From Octopus sinensis (taxonomy: Eukaryota): DNA of 64,000 nucleotides. The translations under genes and the position numbers were made by a program. The first letter of the stretch is position 1; every line of letters starts with the position of its first letter. Below, in pieces: positions 1-13,380 of this stretch. The notes below the pieces were generated by a model. The model saw nothing but the letters and a program-made list of their open reading frames with translations. It had not been told where the DNA came from and did no database searches. The stretch spans positions 34,534,001 to 34,598,000 of the forward strand of contig NC_043000.1 of the NCBI RefSeq assembly GCF_006345805.1, read 5' to 3'.

Positions 1-189
1 GTTGATATGGTCAACTAAAACCCTTGAGGGAGTTGCTCCATCATGGCCACATAAAGAAAACAATAAAATACAATTTTGATTTTTAAAAATTGTTTATTGA
101 AAATAAAAATATTTCCAGCTAAACTTAAATATTTCTTTTTCTTCTCAAAACAATATATTGGTGATTGAGTATGAGATCAATAGAGGGGG

Positions 190-450
190 GATTAGCAATT
201 AGCAATCAGTAGGGATGGATTATTAATTAGTAATCAGATTACTAGTTAATCAGTAATTAATGTAGATGGATTACTAATAAGTAATTAAGGTAGATTATTA
301 ATTATTAATTATATATTGATAATTAATCAGTAATCAATATATACTGACAACTAATTAGTTATTAATTAGTAATTAATAAAGGTAGATCACTAATCAGTAA
401 TCAATATTCATTACTTATTAGTAATCAATATTGGTAGATTCTTAACTGAG
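190..450. repeat. Degenerate AT-rich minisatellite downstream of the SAMTOR stop
   Basis: Repeated variants of tagattattaattagtaatcaatat. Confidence 0.5.
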
Positions 451-1012
451 AAAATATTTCCCTCTCCAGACAAAAGAGTTCCTCCCTTGAAAGTTGCACA
501 GATTTGTTGTTGCTGTTGTTGTTAGTTTGAGTCTGTTGTTTCCACATCAGTGAACAACCGATGGACAGCGATTAACTAAAAAGTCAGCCACAATTAGCTT
601 TTAAAGTTTTCAATTAATTTAAGTATATGAAGCCCCAACCCTTTTTTTATTTGCCCTATGTTGCAGAGTTATCAGGAGGATTTAAAAGATATGGGGTTTA
701 ACCTACTGGACATCACATGGGATTCGATTCAGATATTTTTAAAGCCAATATTTTACTTGCTTCAGTGAGATTTGGTGGACAATAGATTCCACACCTCTTT
801 TAAGAATGGTTTAGCAGACTCTGGGATTATAATGGAATAAAAACATGAGCCACTATCTGGTAAAGATAGAAATTTTCAAAAAGCATTCCATCCATTCTAG
901 TTTGGACAAAATGGATGCAAAACAGTTACAAAAAAAAAATGAAAATTAAGTAATTAATAAAAGAATAAAAAAATCACAGCATCAGGAAATTGATTAATTA
1001 ACCGAAGACTTT

Positions 1013-1591
1013 TCAAGGGCTGTCTTCTTCATCAGAAAATTCATTGGGTAATTCGCTCCTGGTTCTTTCAAAAAATTCTTTGTTATCAACATCGAAAATA
1101 CTTTGTATGAGGTTGTCTTGGAAGTCTGATTCCCTGTCGTTTGAATCTTGTGGAATGTACATCATGTCAGGGTAAATATCACCTGCAATCAAACTTATTT
1201 CGTCCTGCATGTTATAAAGCTTGCGGAAGGCCATGCAGTGCAGGTGCTCCAGTTTTGTGTAATGCCATCGACTGAAACCCATCGCTTCGATTGCTTTCTT
1301 CCAACTCTTCATCATGTGGGCATTTCTATGTTGCTGATGAGAATCTGGTGAAACAATTAACAGCAGACCGTCAATCATGAGCAGCTTGTGGGCCTTGAGA
1401 CAGCAAAGCCAGCGTTGGTACGGAGATGGGAAATATTCCAGTAATAAAGAGAAGACAACCACATGGAAGGAACATTGAGGAAGTTTCTGGACAGGGCTCT
1501 TCAGGTTGTTTAAAAGGGTTTCTAGTGTGTCAGGTGCCACTTGCAGAGGTTCCTGGGTCTCTAAGTGGAGGAAATCACATCGATAAACACT
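1013..1591 (-). CDS. SAMTOR: SAMTOR/BMT2 terminal coding exon (C-terminal part of the class I SAM-binding fold plus acidic tail)
   Basis: Translates SVYRCDFLHL...SFHVVVFSLLLEYFPSPYQRWLCCLKAHKLL...GLLLIVSPDS...MMKSWKKAIEAMGF...HCMAFRK...YIPQD, a close match to SAMTOR family motifs as I recall them. Pyrimidine-rich acceptor (ctctttctcttttttcag) ends at 1592, phase 0. TGA at 1015-1013. Confidence 0.95.
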   Translation of the reverse strand, partial: SVYRCDFLHLETQEPLQVAPDTLETLLNNLKSPVQKLPQCSFHVVVFSLLLEYFPSPYQRWLCCLKAHKLLMIDGLLLIVSPDSHQQHRNAHMMKSWKKAIEAMGFSRWHYTKLEHLHCMAFRKLYNMQDEISLIAGDIYPDMMYIPQDSNDRESDFQDNLIQSIFDVDNKEFFERTRSELPNEFSDEEDSP

Positions 1592-2994
1592 CTGAAAAAA
1601 GAGAAAGAGACAGTAAAATATATGCAGACTTAACATGTGCGTGTGCATGTGCATGTGCGTGTGTGTGTGTGTGCATATACATCTGTTACTTGTTAGTAAG
1701 ACAGATATGTGCTCCACAGAGCATAATGAATAGCAGCAATGTATTTTTCACCAAAGTGCTCAACAAATGTTCTGATACATTATGAATAATTTGGGGCTAT
1801 GCCCTTAATATTGTGCCAAGAATAAACTGAATGAATCAATTTATGACAGGCAATATAAAGGAACCTTACTGCAGTTAACCCCTCCCTACAACATAAGAAC
1901 TGTATCTCTCTCATGAGGTGGTGTATGAAAGACAAAATCTCAGTGTGACCAATAGGACATGTCTGTCTGGTCACATGGGGTTTCATATAAAATCCATGGA
2001 AACAGACAAATCTACAAACAACAACAACAGCAACAGACACTTTATACTCTCAACTAAATAAAAACTTTCTTCTCTTTCTTTACCTTTCATTTCTCTCATT
2101 CCACCATGGCTGGTCATAAACCTTTCCTCCTCCACCTACACCACCACCTAATCCACACTTTTTTCCTCTCTCTGTTGTGCCCCCCCCCCCACCTCACCTT
2201 TGCATCTGCCTTCTCTCCTTGTTCTTTTATGTAGAAAAGGGTAGGCTCGAAACTCTCAAAGACTCTTCCATGTTGCCTGAGCATCAAACGAGGACACCTT
2301 GTTTGTCGTTCCCTCACCTGTCTCTGTCTTTCGATTTTTTATTTGTTTTGTTTTCAAATAAATATAAACTGCCTCAAAATGAAATTCACATTAGTACACA
2401 CACACACACACACACACGCAATGAATTTATGTTGTCAGATGTTCATAGTTGTGCTTGGAGTTTGGTGTTAGTTGGAAAATAGAATGTATGTGTGTGTTTG
2501 TGTGTGTGTTTGTGTGTATGAGAGAGAGAGAGAGAGAAATGTGAGAGACTGTGTTCAATAATTTTACAAATGAAAGTATTTAAGAAAATAATTTAATTTC
2601 TTTCAAAGTCAATAATTGTAGAAGTGAAATTAAGGTTGAAGCTGGAATGTAATCCCTTGCCTTATCCGCATGAAATTACTGGTATTTCTATAAACCCCAG
2701 AATGTAAAACTGACAAACACGGAAACTGCAGAAGAAGAAAATAAAACAATGTAATATATGTCACCCAACCCATGTCAGTATGGAAGCATGGACATTAAAT
2801 GATGATCAACCTGATGATGATGATGATGATGATGCAGTCTGGACATGTACTATTTTTGCCATTAATACATTATTGCATTGTTAATTACCGGTATCACAAC
2901 ATGGGTATGTCAGGTCAGGTGAGATCGTGTGTGTGTGTGTGGGGGAATGTGTCATTGCAGTGTATTGCTGCATTCACCATTTATCAGTAAATTC

Positions 2995-4200
2995 CTGCAC
3001 CCTCTGACCTGTTGAGTAGAGTTTTGGTCAGTCCTCATCTATTGTGACCAAGAAGCATGCGGTCATCCAACACAAGCTGTCAACCCAGATCCAGATCCCC
3101 AGTGAAGAGAACATAGTAAGCAGGGTCTAACTTGGAAAATTACGCAACATAAGCCAAACAGTCAGAACTAGCACACCCCAATCATGCAAGAAGCAGGATG
3201 CATCTCAGTTTCTGAGAAGAGTTGTTGGTTGGAAATGAAATCTGACTAATGGTAACCCATAATCCTGCAAAGCATCCTTGTACCAAAAGAATTCAGGCAG
3301 CTCCTAAGGGACCTCGGACAGTGTCCAAGTCTCATAAGCTATAGAGCAGGACAGGGAGGACCAGAGACCTAAAGGCCTGCACCTTTGTTCTCTTCCACAG
3401 ATATTGGCAGTACCAAACATCCCTGTCCAATGAGTCCACAACTGAACCAACTTGTTCGAATCTTTCTGGGGTTTCGGACTTGAAGCCAATGTTGCAATGA
3501 ATCTTACTGCCGAGGTAAGTGAAGTGGTCAACAACTTCAACATTATCACACACAATGAAGACAAACAAGGCAGAGTCCATAAAGAAGCCAACAAAGGACT
3601 GGATTTTCGTCCTGACCCAAGAAACTCTCAGGCCAAGTGGTTCTGCTTCCTTGCAGTCAAAAGAGAGCATTCCTGAAGGCATCCAGAAAAACAGATTGTT
3701 CTAATAACTGTGTTATTAGAACAATCTGAGTCTGTAATCCTAGTTTCGCCAATGAGTGCACCACAACTTGATTGAGCCACTGTTTGGCCAAGTATCCAAT
3801 CCATGCAGGCATTGAACACGGTAGGAGCCAAGACCCAACCCTGACGGACCCTAGATCTAACTGGGAAAAAGCCAGATGTTGAGCTCCCCAATCCAAACTG
3901 TACTGACTGTTCCAGTGTACAAGGCCATCATCAGCCCAATCTATAGAGGAGGTACACCGCACAGCCCCAGAATCCTCCAAAGCAACATCCCTGTTCACCG
4001 AGTCAAATGCCTTGCAGAAATCAACATAAGATTCAAAGCAGCCCCTGCTGAAAGCCTCACAAACAACCAGGATTCTGTCAGTAGTTGACCTCTTTGGCCT
4101 GAACTCTGATGGCTCTGGTTGCTGAAATGCAAGCAGATGATTTTGCTCTCACTTCAAGAGGATACTGGCAAAGACCTCACCAAGCACTGAAAGGAGGCCA
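2995..4200 (-). mobile_element. Decayed RTE-clade LINE (RT C-terminal half) in the SAMTOR intron
   Basis: Frameshifted peptides VRQGWVLAPTVFNACMDWIL and NVEVVDHFTYLGSKI...KRTKVQAFRSLVLPVLLY are typical of RTE RT. Confidence 0.85.
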
Positions 4201-5648
4201 GTTACATAGGTGTGTATTATGTGTTAATTATAGGTATCGCTATATTTTATATTACCTATTAATTATATATAACAGTGCATACAGGTATCTCTATATTGTA
4301 TATTACCTATAAATTACATATAACTATACACATTTATGAGATATACCTGTACACAGTTTTGTGTTACCTGTTAATTAGAGGTGTTTCTATGTTGCTATGT
4401 AATCTGATGGTGGCAATTGATCTTTTGACTGAATCAACAAAACTATTTTCCCACCAGCTTTTCCAACCTTGACACTCTCTACTGGTCACACCTCCTGACA
4501 GCGATACATATGCATACATAAGTATGAATTACACAAGTAAGACACAGCTATTTAATACCTGTTCATGACATACACCTCTACACACCTCTGTAATACCTAT
4601 TAATCACATATCTCAGTATACCCCCATCCATGAAAATGACCCCCACCCCGCCACAGTTCTGTGAGTTTCGTCAATTATAACCCTAGGAAATAAACTTTGT
4701 TCCTCCCAAACGATCACACCTGGGTCTGGTCTAAGAAAACCCTGCTCCAAACATTATCAATAAATCACCTAAAGCTGAGTTGGTCAATAAAGACAGCCAC
4801 TGCATCACTACCTGTCCAGCTAGAGATAGCAATCAAATCTCTCTCAAATCACACAGTTTCACGCCTCAGCTAATGTAACTTTACCTCCATTTCTAGGCAA
4901 CATCAACTTCACTCATTGCTCTCTTTCTCTCTCTCTCTCTGTCTCTCCCCCTCTCTCAACTCAGCTTGCTTTTCTCTTCTCCAATGTGAATCTGAATCTC
5001 TCTCAGACCATCTGATCAATGCTGTAAACTATCGATGGCTTGGTCTTTCTTTCTTAACTTCTTACGATCAATAGAACTGAGAGTGGTGGTGATGATGATG
5101 ATAATGGTGAATAACACACACACACACAATGACCAAAATACAGGGGGTTGGGGGGAGTAAAATGCAAATATGACTGAAAGGATATTGTAGAGGAGACGAC
5201 AATTGGAAAACAAAATATGAACAACAACAACAACAAGAAAAACCAGCCACAAAAACCCCCAGTTGGTGATTATGCAATAGTAATGAAGGATTGTTTGCTA
5301 ATGTTGCTGTTGTTGTTGTTGTTGTTGTTGTTTGCTGGCTGGTTGGTGAGTGGGGGGGGAGGGATCGGTGGGAGACAGTAGTAACAGCTAAATATATGAC
5401 TTATTATTCCAAACAACCACCAGGTGCAGTCAGAAAGTTGAGATGGTAGACTGGCAAAAGACAAACATTAAAGGATTTTACATGGCCAATCAAAGCCATA
5501 TGTTACCAAATGTTCATTACGTATGTATATATGTATAAGGGTATGTAGGGTATATGGGTAAATATATGTGAGTGTATGTACGTGGCTATATGATTATCTT
5601 TCATTCACTTTCGCTTAGTGCTCTTTCTCTTTCTGTGTGTGAATTACT

Positions 5649-5649
<1 letters not shown>

Positions 5650-5711
<62 letters not shown>

Positions 5712-5782
5712 TGAAAGACAGAGAGAGAGAGATGGAAGAAGTGATAAAAAGATAGATGCATGCATATTTATAAAGATCTATG

Positions 5783-5851
<69 letters not shown>

Positions 5852-6160
5852 GTGTGTGTGTGTATGTGTGTGTAATACATATATATATATGATACATATA
5901 TGTGTATATATGTGTATATATATATATATATGTATAAATATAAGAAGAGATACATAATATTTGCATTTGCCAATCTTACCTTCCCTGTTCTACTATATGT
6001 CTTTATACACACACACACACACACACAAATACATATTAGCATATATGCACATATATATATATATCTATGAAAATGTATCTCCTCCCCACTTCTCTATCTA
6101 TCTATCTATCTATCTATCTGTCTGTCTGTATGTATGTATGTATATGCACACACACACTTC
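5650..6160. repeat. Compound microsatellite (TA)n/(GA)n/(CA)n/(TCTA)n
   Basis: Read directly from the sequence. Confidence 0.95.
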
Positions 6161-6602
6161 CATACACTACCAAATTCCCTTCCCTTCTACCATGTCACTC
6201 ATAAACAACCAAGAGAAAACCTTAAACCTGTCCCTTCTCAATCTCCCCCCACTGCCACCACCTGTATCTCAAATCAAAAAAGCTTATTACATCAGAGTCT
6301 CAGTGGCACCCACTCCATACCCATCTCTTACTCCTATGTATTGTTAGTCAACACTCCCTCCAGCCCCTTCTTCAACTCATTCCTTCCATGACATCCATCA
6401 CTGACTTTACCCCTTCTATACCATTCATCTCCACTTCCACAATCCTCAGCCATGCTTTCTCATCACCAGCCATTTCTATCTGGCCATTACATGGTCTGTC
6501 TGTCTGTCTGCATCTCTCTTAGATGCCAAAGTCTCCCATCACAAGGCCTGATTGACAAAGGTTTCATCAGATCTACTGGTCACTCACTCACACACACACA
6601 CA

Positions 6603-6641
<39 letters not shown>

Positions 6642-7352
6642 CCTCCTTCTGTTACTTTTACTCTACCACTGCCCACACTATCTCCTCCATGTCACTCATT
6701 ATTCACATCCATCACTCTCACCACTCCTTTCCCTCCAGGTCACTCATTATTCACATTAATTACATCCTCATATTCCCAACCATTTTTACAACCATCCATC
6801 ATTTGCTCCCCATCTCTCTCTGTCTCTCCCCCCCACCATCCACATTCTTACTGTCCCCTGTCACACACTCTCAGTTCTCCCTGCTGGTTCATCTTCTACT
6901 GTGGTTCTTTGCCCTTCCTGCTCCTTGGGTCACATTGACAAGAACAGAGATGACATACACTAGTGACAACAACCTTTTACCTCATGGGGCACATCAAGGG
7001 TACACTGTAAAGAGGATTTCTGAATGAGCAGAGGAAATGGGGGCGGGGAGCTCAAGAGAACCTTTTACTTCTGTTTCATCGAGGACATGTCAACCTCTCT
7101 GGTGGTGGTCACATGACAAATAGCATCCGGTTCATTTGTAAAATGGTTGTTGCAAGGACATGTATTTAACTCTAGCAACCATGTCAAAGACAGGATTCCA
7201 TGACACGTTTAGGAGATCAATGACTCCAGTTAACAATTGGTATATAAGAAGTGCATGGGGCAAGGAAATCAAATGAAAAGACAAGTCTTCATCATCATCA
7301 TTAATGTTTGTTTTTCATGCTGGCATGGGTTGGAAAAAATTTTACCACTTAC

Positions 7353-7467
7353 AGATTTTGCTGGAGAAATATCAATGCCAACAGCCAAGAATTCTTCAAA
7401 CTGTAAGAATGGGTTGAAGCAGCTACCAACATCCAATAAACGGATCTTGCTAAGGGAATCCAACATC
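7353..7467 (-). CDS. SAMTOR: SAMTOR/BMT2 internal coding exon (SAM-binding motif I)
   Basis: Translates [38 protein letters not shown]. Acceptor tttttcag ends at 7468 (phase 2) and the donor GTAAGT starts at 7352 (phase 0). It joins in frame to the 1591 exon (PAKS|SVYRCDF). Confidence 0.95.
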
Positions 7468-7789
7468 CTGAAAAATAAACAACATTGAATGATTGACTGG
7501 GTTTTTGTTTCATGAAAATAATTTCTAGATTAAGTTTCCCTATCTTATGGAAAAGATAGAGTTTTGAACTCATGACTCGGCATTTATCATTTAAAATAAT
7601 GTCACAATTTGTAGTTTTTGAATCATATTTTCTTTCACTGTTATAAAGGCACCAAAAGAATGTTCTGCAGGGAACTTCAATATTTTCCTACCATTCAGTC
7701 TGACTTGAAATTAGTGTCCTTCCTAAACAAAGCCTTTAAATGAATTTTCTTTATGCCTTTCCACCCACCTTTTAACCCTATTTCAAAAT

Positions 7790-8170
7790 GGAAAAAGCAC
7801 CATTCAAGCGTGGCTAACACCAGTGCCGCCTGACTGGCTCCTGTGCCAGTGGTATATAAAATGCATCATTCAAGCATGGTCAATGCCAGTGCCACCTGAC
7901 TGGCCACCATGCCGGTGGCATGTAAAAAGCACCATTTAAGTGTGGTCGATGCCAGTACTCCCTGACTGGTCCTTGTGCCAGTGGCACGTAAAAAGCACCC
8001 TCTACGTTCTTGGAGTGGTTGACGTTAGAAAGGGCATCCAGCTGTAGAAACTTTGCCAGATCAGATTGGAGCCTGGTGCAGCCTTCTGGCTTGCCAGCCC
8101 TCAGTCAAACTGTCCAACCCATGCCAACATGGAAAGCAGACATTAAATGATGATGATGATGATGATGATG
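7790..8170 (+). mobile_element. RTE 3'-UTR-derived short element with (GAT)n tail
   Basis: Internal tandem modules, then gggcatccagctgtagaaac...ccatgccaacatggaaagcagacattaaa(tga)n. Identical in structure to the 3' end of the RTE at 24495-26140. Confidence 0.85.
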
Positions 8171-8217
8171 AAGGGGCACCAAAATTTTTACGAACTTGGG
8201 GCCTCTATGGGTCTTAA

Positions 8218-8433
8218 CCCTTTTGTTACTGTATTTATTTTGAGATGCTCTGTATTTCTTTCAATTATTTTAAATATAACAAAGAATTTAATTAATTTAA
8301 TTATCATTAAGCTAATGTTAGGGACATAAATTGTGAATAAGGTTTGTTGGAAGATTTTAACTCAAAACTTATGAAAACAAGACATTTGTACTCAGAGCCA
8401 GAGCTGGATTCAGCCGGGTTGGTAACAAAAGGG
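8218..8433. mobile_element. TTAA-flanked MITE (piggyBac-type ends)
   Basis: TTAA at 8214-8217 and 8434-8437. Perfect 12-bp TIR CCCTTTTGTTAC. A second copy lies at 54694-54922. Confidence 0.85.
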
Positions 8434-10860
8434 TTAATCCAGCCTAGTTGTTGTTGTTGTTCTTGATGATGATGATGTAGTAGCAGCAGCAGCAGCTCAA
8501 TTTAATCAAAGAAGAGAAAACTGAATTAAAATGAAAGATAGTAAATATATTTCAAGTTAAGAGAGAAAGGCTCTCATACTCTCAAAGTCATTATTATTCT
8601 TATAGTTGTCACCCTGATGTCTGACATCCATTTATCCATGTCAAAATGGATAGACCAGATCAGCCACACAGTCAGACTGGATCCACTCCCATATTGCAGA
8701 TTATTCTAAACTTTACAAAATTTCAATTAACTGATACTTACATTAAACACAATTAGACTGCACATTAATGAACGACTCTTAGATTCTTACATTAATTACC
8801 ACCACACTCCTCTGTATATTACTTAAGAGTCAAATTGAAAAAAAGGTCTTTCGCAACTAATTTTCCTCTAACAAACTGGAAATAGTTAATTATTTATGGT
8901 GGGGGGTGGGGAGTTAAATTAATATGGCGTTAGTAGTGTTATAAAAATAGTGAAGTGTTTAGTACCAAGAGGTGGGGTGGGGTCAGCCTTTAGCTTTCAG
9001 CATTTTTTTTTTGATAGAAATATAAGTTTAAGAGTTATTCCAGTGTTAGCATCATTGCAATAAATGGTTGTGGTGAAACCATTTGAAAGACGGAGGAGGA
9101 GGAAGGGGATGGTGGTAAAAACTGACATGTTTCATAGAATACGAAGAGGAAATGCACATTTCATAGTTGCATACATTTGAAATGGTAAACTAAATTACTG
9201 ATTAATGCATCTGCACCCAAATAGAGCAGGAATTATTGGCAGCAGGAAAATATTTCTTCAATGTGGAGACAAATGGCTTCTAACCAATTGTTAAGACCTA
9301 GAAAATTCAGTAATGCATTATTGATGTGCCTAGTCTACTATTGACCAACAAAAGTATGTTTTACATTAATATATCGTGACAAACTCGCAGATGTGGATTC
9401 CCAGTGAAGTACGAAGTAAATATTCGCTACTGTCTGCAGGGATTGCAGAATCAATCTTATCGATGCATGCATGGTTGGCTCACAGATGCTTGTAGACACA
9501 TGCAGCCAGTGACAACATTCAACAAAACAAACTAACAATCGTATATACACCCTCTCAACCAGCTGACACTGCAGCAGCCACGTCTCACAGAAACCAATTT
9601 TTGTTTCTTTCATTTTGTCAATTCTTCAAACAAACATTCAAGGAATCTATAAGACATTAGATATCACAGGATGAAAGTTCAATCCCCACACTGGGAAGCT
9701 ATTGTTTCAATCACTGTTCAAACATCAGAATTTTAATGCATAAATCTCTGCCAGTCTTTCTACACACACACATGTTTTTTATATTAATAATCTGTAAAAG
9801 TTATGGAGGGACTCAAGGGCCAAGAGTTTTGTGTTTCACCACTTTTCAAACAGGTTTCAAACCTATATATATATATATATATAGTTAATCCAAACATGAA
9901 AACACAAAGAGAAAACACAACAACGCGAGGACGTGGAACATACATACACACACATACCAATGATAATGATAATAAAGATACAGTCATATAAATACATAAG
10001 TACTGCACACACACGCATGCATATATATGTACAAATATATACATATATATGTGTGTGTTTCTCCCCCCAACAGCGCTTGACAACTAATGTTGGTGTGCTT
10101 ACATCCCCGAAACTTAGCAGGTTCAGCAAAAGAGACTGATAGAATATGTACTAGGCTTACAAAGAATAAATCCTGGGGTCGATTTGCTCGACTAAAGGCA
10201 GTGCTCTAGCCTGGCCACAGTCAAATGACTGAAACAAGTAAAAAAGAACATATATATAATCATCATCATTGTAATTTAACATCCTTTTTCCAAGGTGGCA
10301 TGGGTTTGATGGTTTGACTGAAACTAGTAAGCTAGAGAGCTGCATCTGGTTCCAATCTGATTTGGTAAGGTTTCTACAGCTGGATGCCCTTCCTAATACC
10401 AACCACTCCGAGAGTACATATAATGTTACTGCTCCTGCTTCTACAATAACAATGACCACTACTACTGTTACTACAACTACTGCTGCTGCAGTTGCTGCTT
10501 CTACTACCACTTCCCAGAATCATGTATGACCATTAACATGCAATCACAAGCAGATATTAGCTGATCCCCCCCCCACTCAACACTCGTTGTCTTGATCCAA
10601 AATAACATCAAAGAAGTGGCAGCTAGAAAGAATAAAAAGCTGTCTCACTGCTTATCTGGTGTTCTAAATAGTTGACCAACAGTTTAGACAGGAGCTAAGT
10701 GAAATTAAGAGGCTTGCTCAAGGACACAATGCTCAACCTGATCTAGGGATCAATGTCATGATCATGTGATCATGAGCCAAAGAACTTGACGACTCACTAG
10801 GACATAAACACACACATATATGCATGTGCACATGGCCTGATGGCCAACTTGTGTGTGTGC

Positions 10861-10913
<53 letters not shown>

Positions 10914-10938
10914 TGTATATATACACACACACACACAC

Positions 10939-12387
10939 ACAAGGGCAAGTCAAAAATTACCTTCACTCCTCCTCCTAAAACTTTCTTTGGGTTGGCCACA
11001 TTACCTTCAGCACATGTGCACACTACCTGGTGGTGTTATGCTGGTTACATAACCATGGTTTGATCTTGAACGTCCCAGTTTCCTTTCTGTTGTTACAGAG
11101 TAAAAATGACTGCTCCACTTGCCATGTGTACCAAGGAAGAACAGAGATCAGCGATCCGATTTCTCTGGCCTGAAGGTACATCTGGGACAGAAATTCATTA
11201 CTGGTTTTCAGTACAATGTGGTCAGCCCTTCACTGCATAGAAGTGTGTATGAGTGGACTGAGAAGTTTCAAAATGACCAGACATGTGTGAAGTATAAAGA
11301 GAGAGAGCAGGACACCCATAAACCCCCACCACTTACGTGAAGATTCAACAATCTTGAGAGATGTTCTAGTGAACCAATAAGTGACCACCGATGAGGTGGA
11401 TAATTAGTCCTGAAATTATTCACAACAAGCTTTGCTTCTCTCAAGTCTGTGAGAGATGGGTGCCAAGACAGCTTACCAAAGCACATAAATGCAATCATGT
11501 GGAGATCTATCATTGCTTATTCAACGAGTACAACAGTCAAGGTGAAGCTTTTTTAGAGAGAACAGTCCCAGCAGATAACAGCTGGGTCCTTCATGTTGAG
11601 CCAGAATACAAAAGGCAGAGCATGGAATGGAAACACCTGATATCATCATCATCATCATCATCATCATTGTTTAACGTCCGCTTTCCATGCTAGCATGGGT
11701 TGGATGGTTCAACCGGGGTCTGAGAAGCCAGGAAGCTGCACCAGGTCCAGTCTCATCTGGCAGTGTTTCTACAGCTGGATGCCCTTCCTAATGCCAACCA
11801 CTCTGTGAGTGTAGTGGGTGCTTTTTACATGCCACCGGCACAGGTGCCAGGTGAGGCTGACAATGGCCACGATTGGTTGGTGCTTTTTACGTGCCACCGG
11901 CATGAAGGCCAGTCGAGGCGGCGCTAGCAATGGCCACGTTCGGATGGTTCTTTTACGTGCCACCGGCACTGGTATCACAACTACAATTTCCATTGATTTT
12001 TGATCGATTTTGATCATCAAGGAAAAAGAAATTCAAGACTCAACCTTCCACGCATACTGTCAAAACCATTGAAAAATAGGGTTTCAAGTTAGTGGAACCC
12101 TCTACATACAGCCCAGATCTTGCCCCTTCGGACTATCATCTCTTTGAATTGCTCAAACATCCTTTGCAAGGTCATCCATTTGCTGTGGATGAAGAAGCAT
12201 AGAAAGTGGTGCACAAATAGCTGTGCAACTATCTGAAAAGCTTCTTCTTTGATAGAATAAGCAAGCTTGTGGTCCACTGGAAGAAATACAGTGGGAAAAA
12301 AACGACGTAATTGTTCAACCCCTGTTTATTCTCTTTTTTTTTAAATCACAGAAACAAGAGTGTTTATAATCTTTGACTTTCCATTGT
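10939..12387 (+). mobile_element. Decayed mariner transposon with nested RTE-3' insertion
   Basis: Imperfect TIRs at 10939-10959 and 12367-12387. Peptides MTAPLAMCTKEEQRSAIRFLW, WVPRQLT, DNSWVLHVEPEYKRQSMEWKH and a PDLAPSDYHLFE-like motif. Confidence 0.9.
11642..12018 (-). mobile_element. RTE-3'-derived element inserted in the mariner
   Basis: (CAT)n-ttgtttaacgtccgctttccatgctagcatggg head on the + strand. It splits the transposase, with atcatca at both junctions. Confidence 0.85.
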
Positions 12388-12409
12388 GTGTGTATTTGTA
12401 TACATACAT

Positions 12410-12444
<35 letters not shown>

Positions 12445-12984
12445 ATATATATATATACACACACACGTACACATATGCTTCATGACAGGCATATAAGCAA
12501 TGCCAGTTCCTCAGTATTGCTCCAGAGAGCTTAAATATATTTTATCAACTTCACTGTAAACAAACAACACACCACCGCCCCCCCCCCACCGCCACCAATT
12601 CCAGTGTTTGTTTTTTGTTTTTGTTTTTTCAGTTGAATACAGTAAATATTTTATTGACACTATTTAACTTGTTGTGTTATCTCGAAACACAGGGAAAAAC
12701 CATTCATTATATACTCCCTGCTTATCTCTATTTATTGGAGTTTGACTGGAATAGCATCAGTCTCAATAGAAAAGTAGCTTAAATGGGGAGATAATAACTG
12801 AAAACAATAGAACAACTGATGGCGGTGATGGGGGTGATGGGTGGTGGGGGTGATTTCCTTGATTGCTACAAAAAATTACAAGAGAAACAGTGAACATAAA
12901 TGAGGTGTGACAAATGTACAGATATGTGTGCGGAGATGTACCTTTGCATATATAAAGATATACATATATATATATATATATATT

Positions 12985-13380
12985 TTATATCTTTTTCTTG
13001 TTTCAGTCATTAGACTGTGGCCATGCTGGAGCACCGCCTAGAAGTCTTTTAATCAAATGAACCACTTACTGTACTTACTTTCATTTTAAGCCTCTTGCTT
13101 ATTCTATCAGTGTCTGTTGCTGAACTGCTAAGTTATAGGGATGTAAACACACCAACATCGGTTGTCAGGCAGAGGCAGAGGACACACACACATACACAGA
13201 TATATACATATATATATATAACAAGCTTCTTTCAATTTCTGTCTATGAAATCCACTCACAAGGCTTTGGTTGGCTTGAGGCTTTAGTAGGAGACACTTGC
13301 TCAAGGTGCCACACAGAGGGACTGAATCCAGAATCATGTGGTTGGGAAGCAAGCTTCTTACCACACAGCCATGCCTGCAC
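12985..13380 (-). mobile_element. tRNA-derived SINE, family A
   Basis: Minus strand reads GGCATGGCTGTGTGGTAAGAAGCTTGCTTCCCAACCACATG...TTCAGTCCC (A/B-box-like), an internal (TA)n, and tail ...GCATGGCCACAGTCTAATGACTGAAACAAG. Many copies in the window. Confidence 0.85.

Noticed and set aside
1328-1365. CTGATGA...GAAAC hammerhead-like string on the + strand
   Set aside because: It is antisense to SAMTOR coding sequence, has no helix II and no valid NUH site; coincidence.
1013-1717. ORF-track start at 1717 for the 234-aa ORF
   Set aside because: Residues before SVYRCDF come from the intron's (CA)n and polypyrimidine tract; the real exon starts at the 1592 acceptor.
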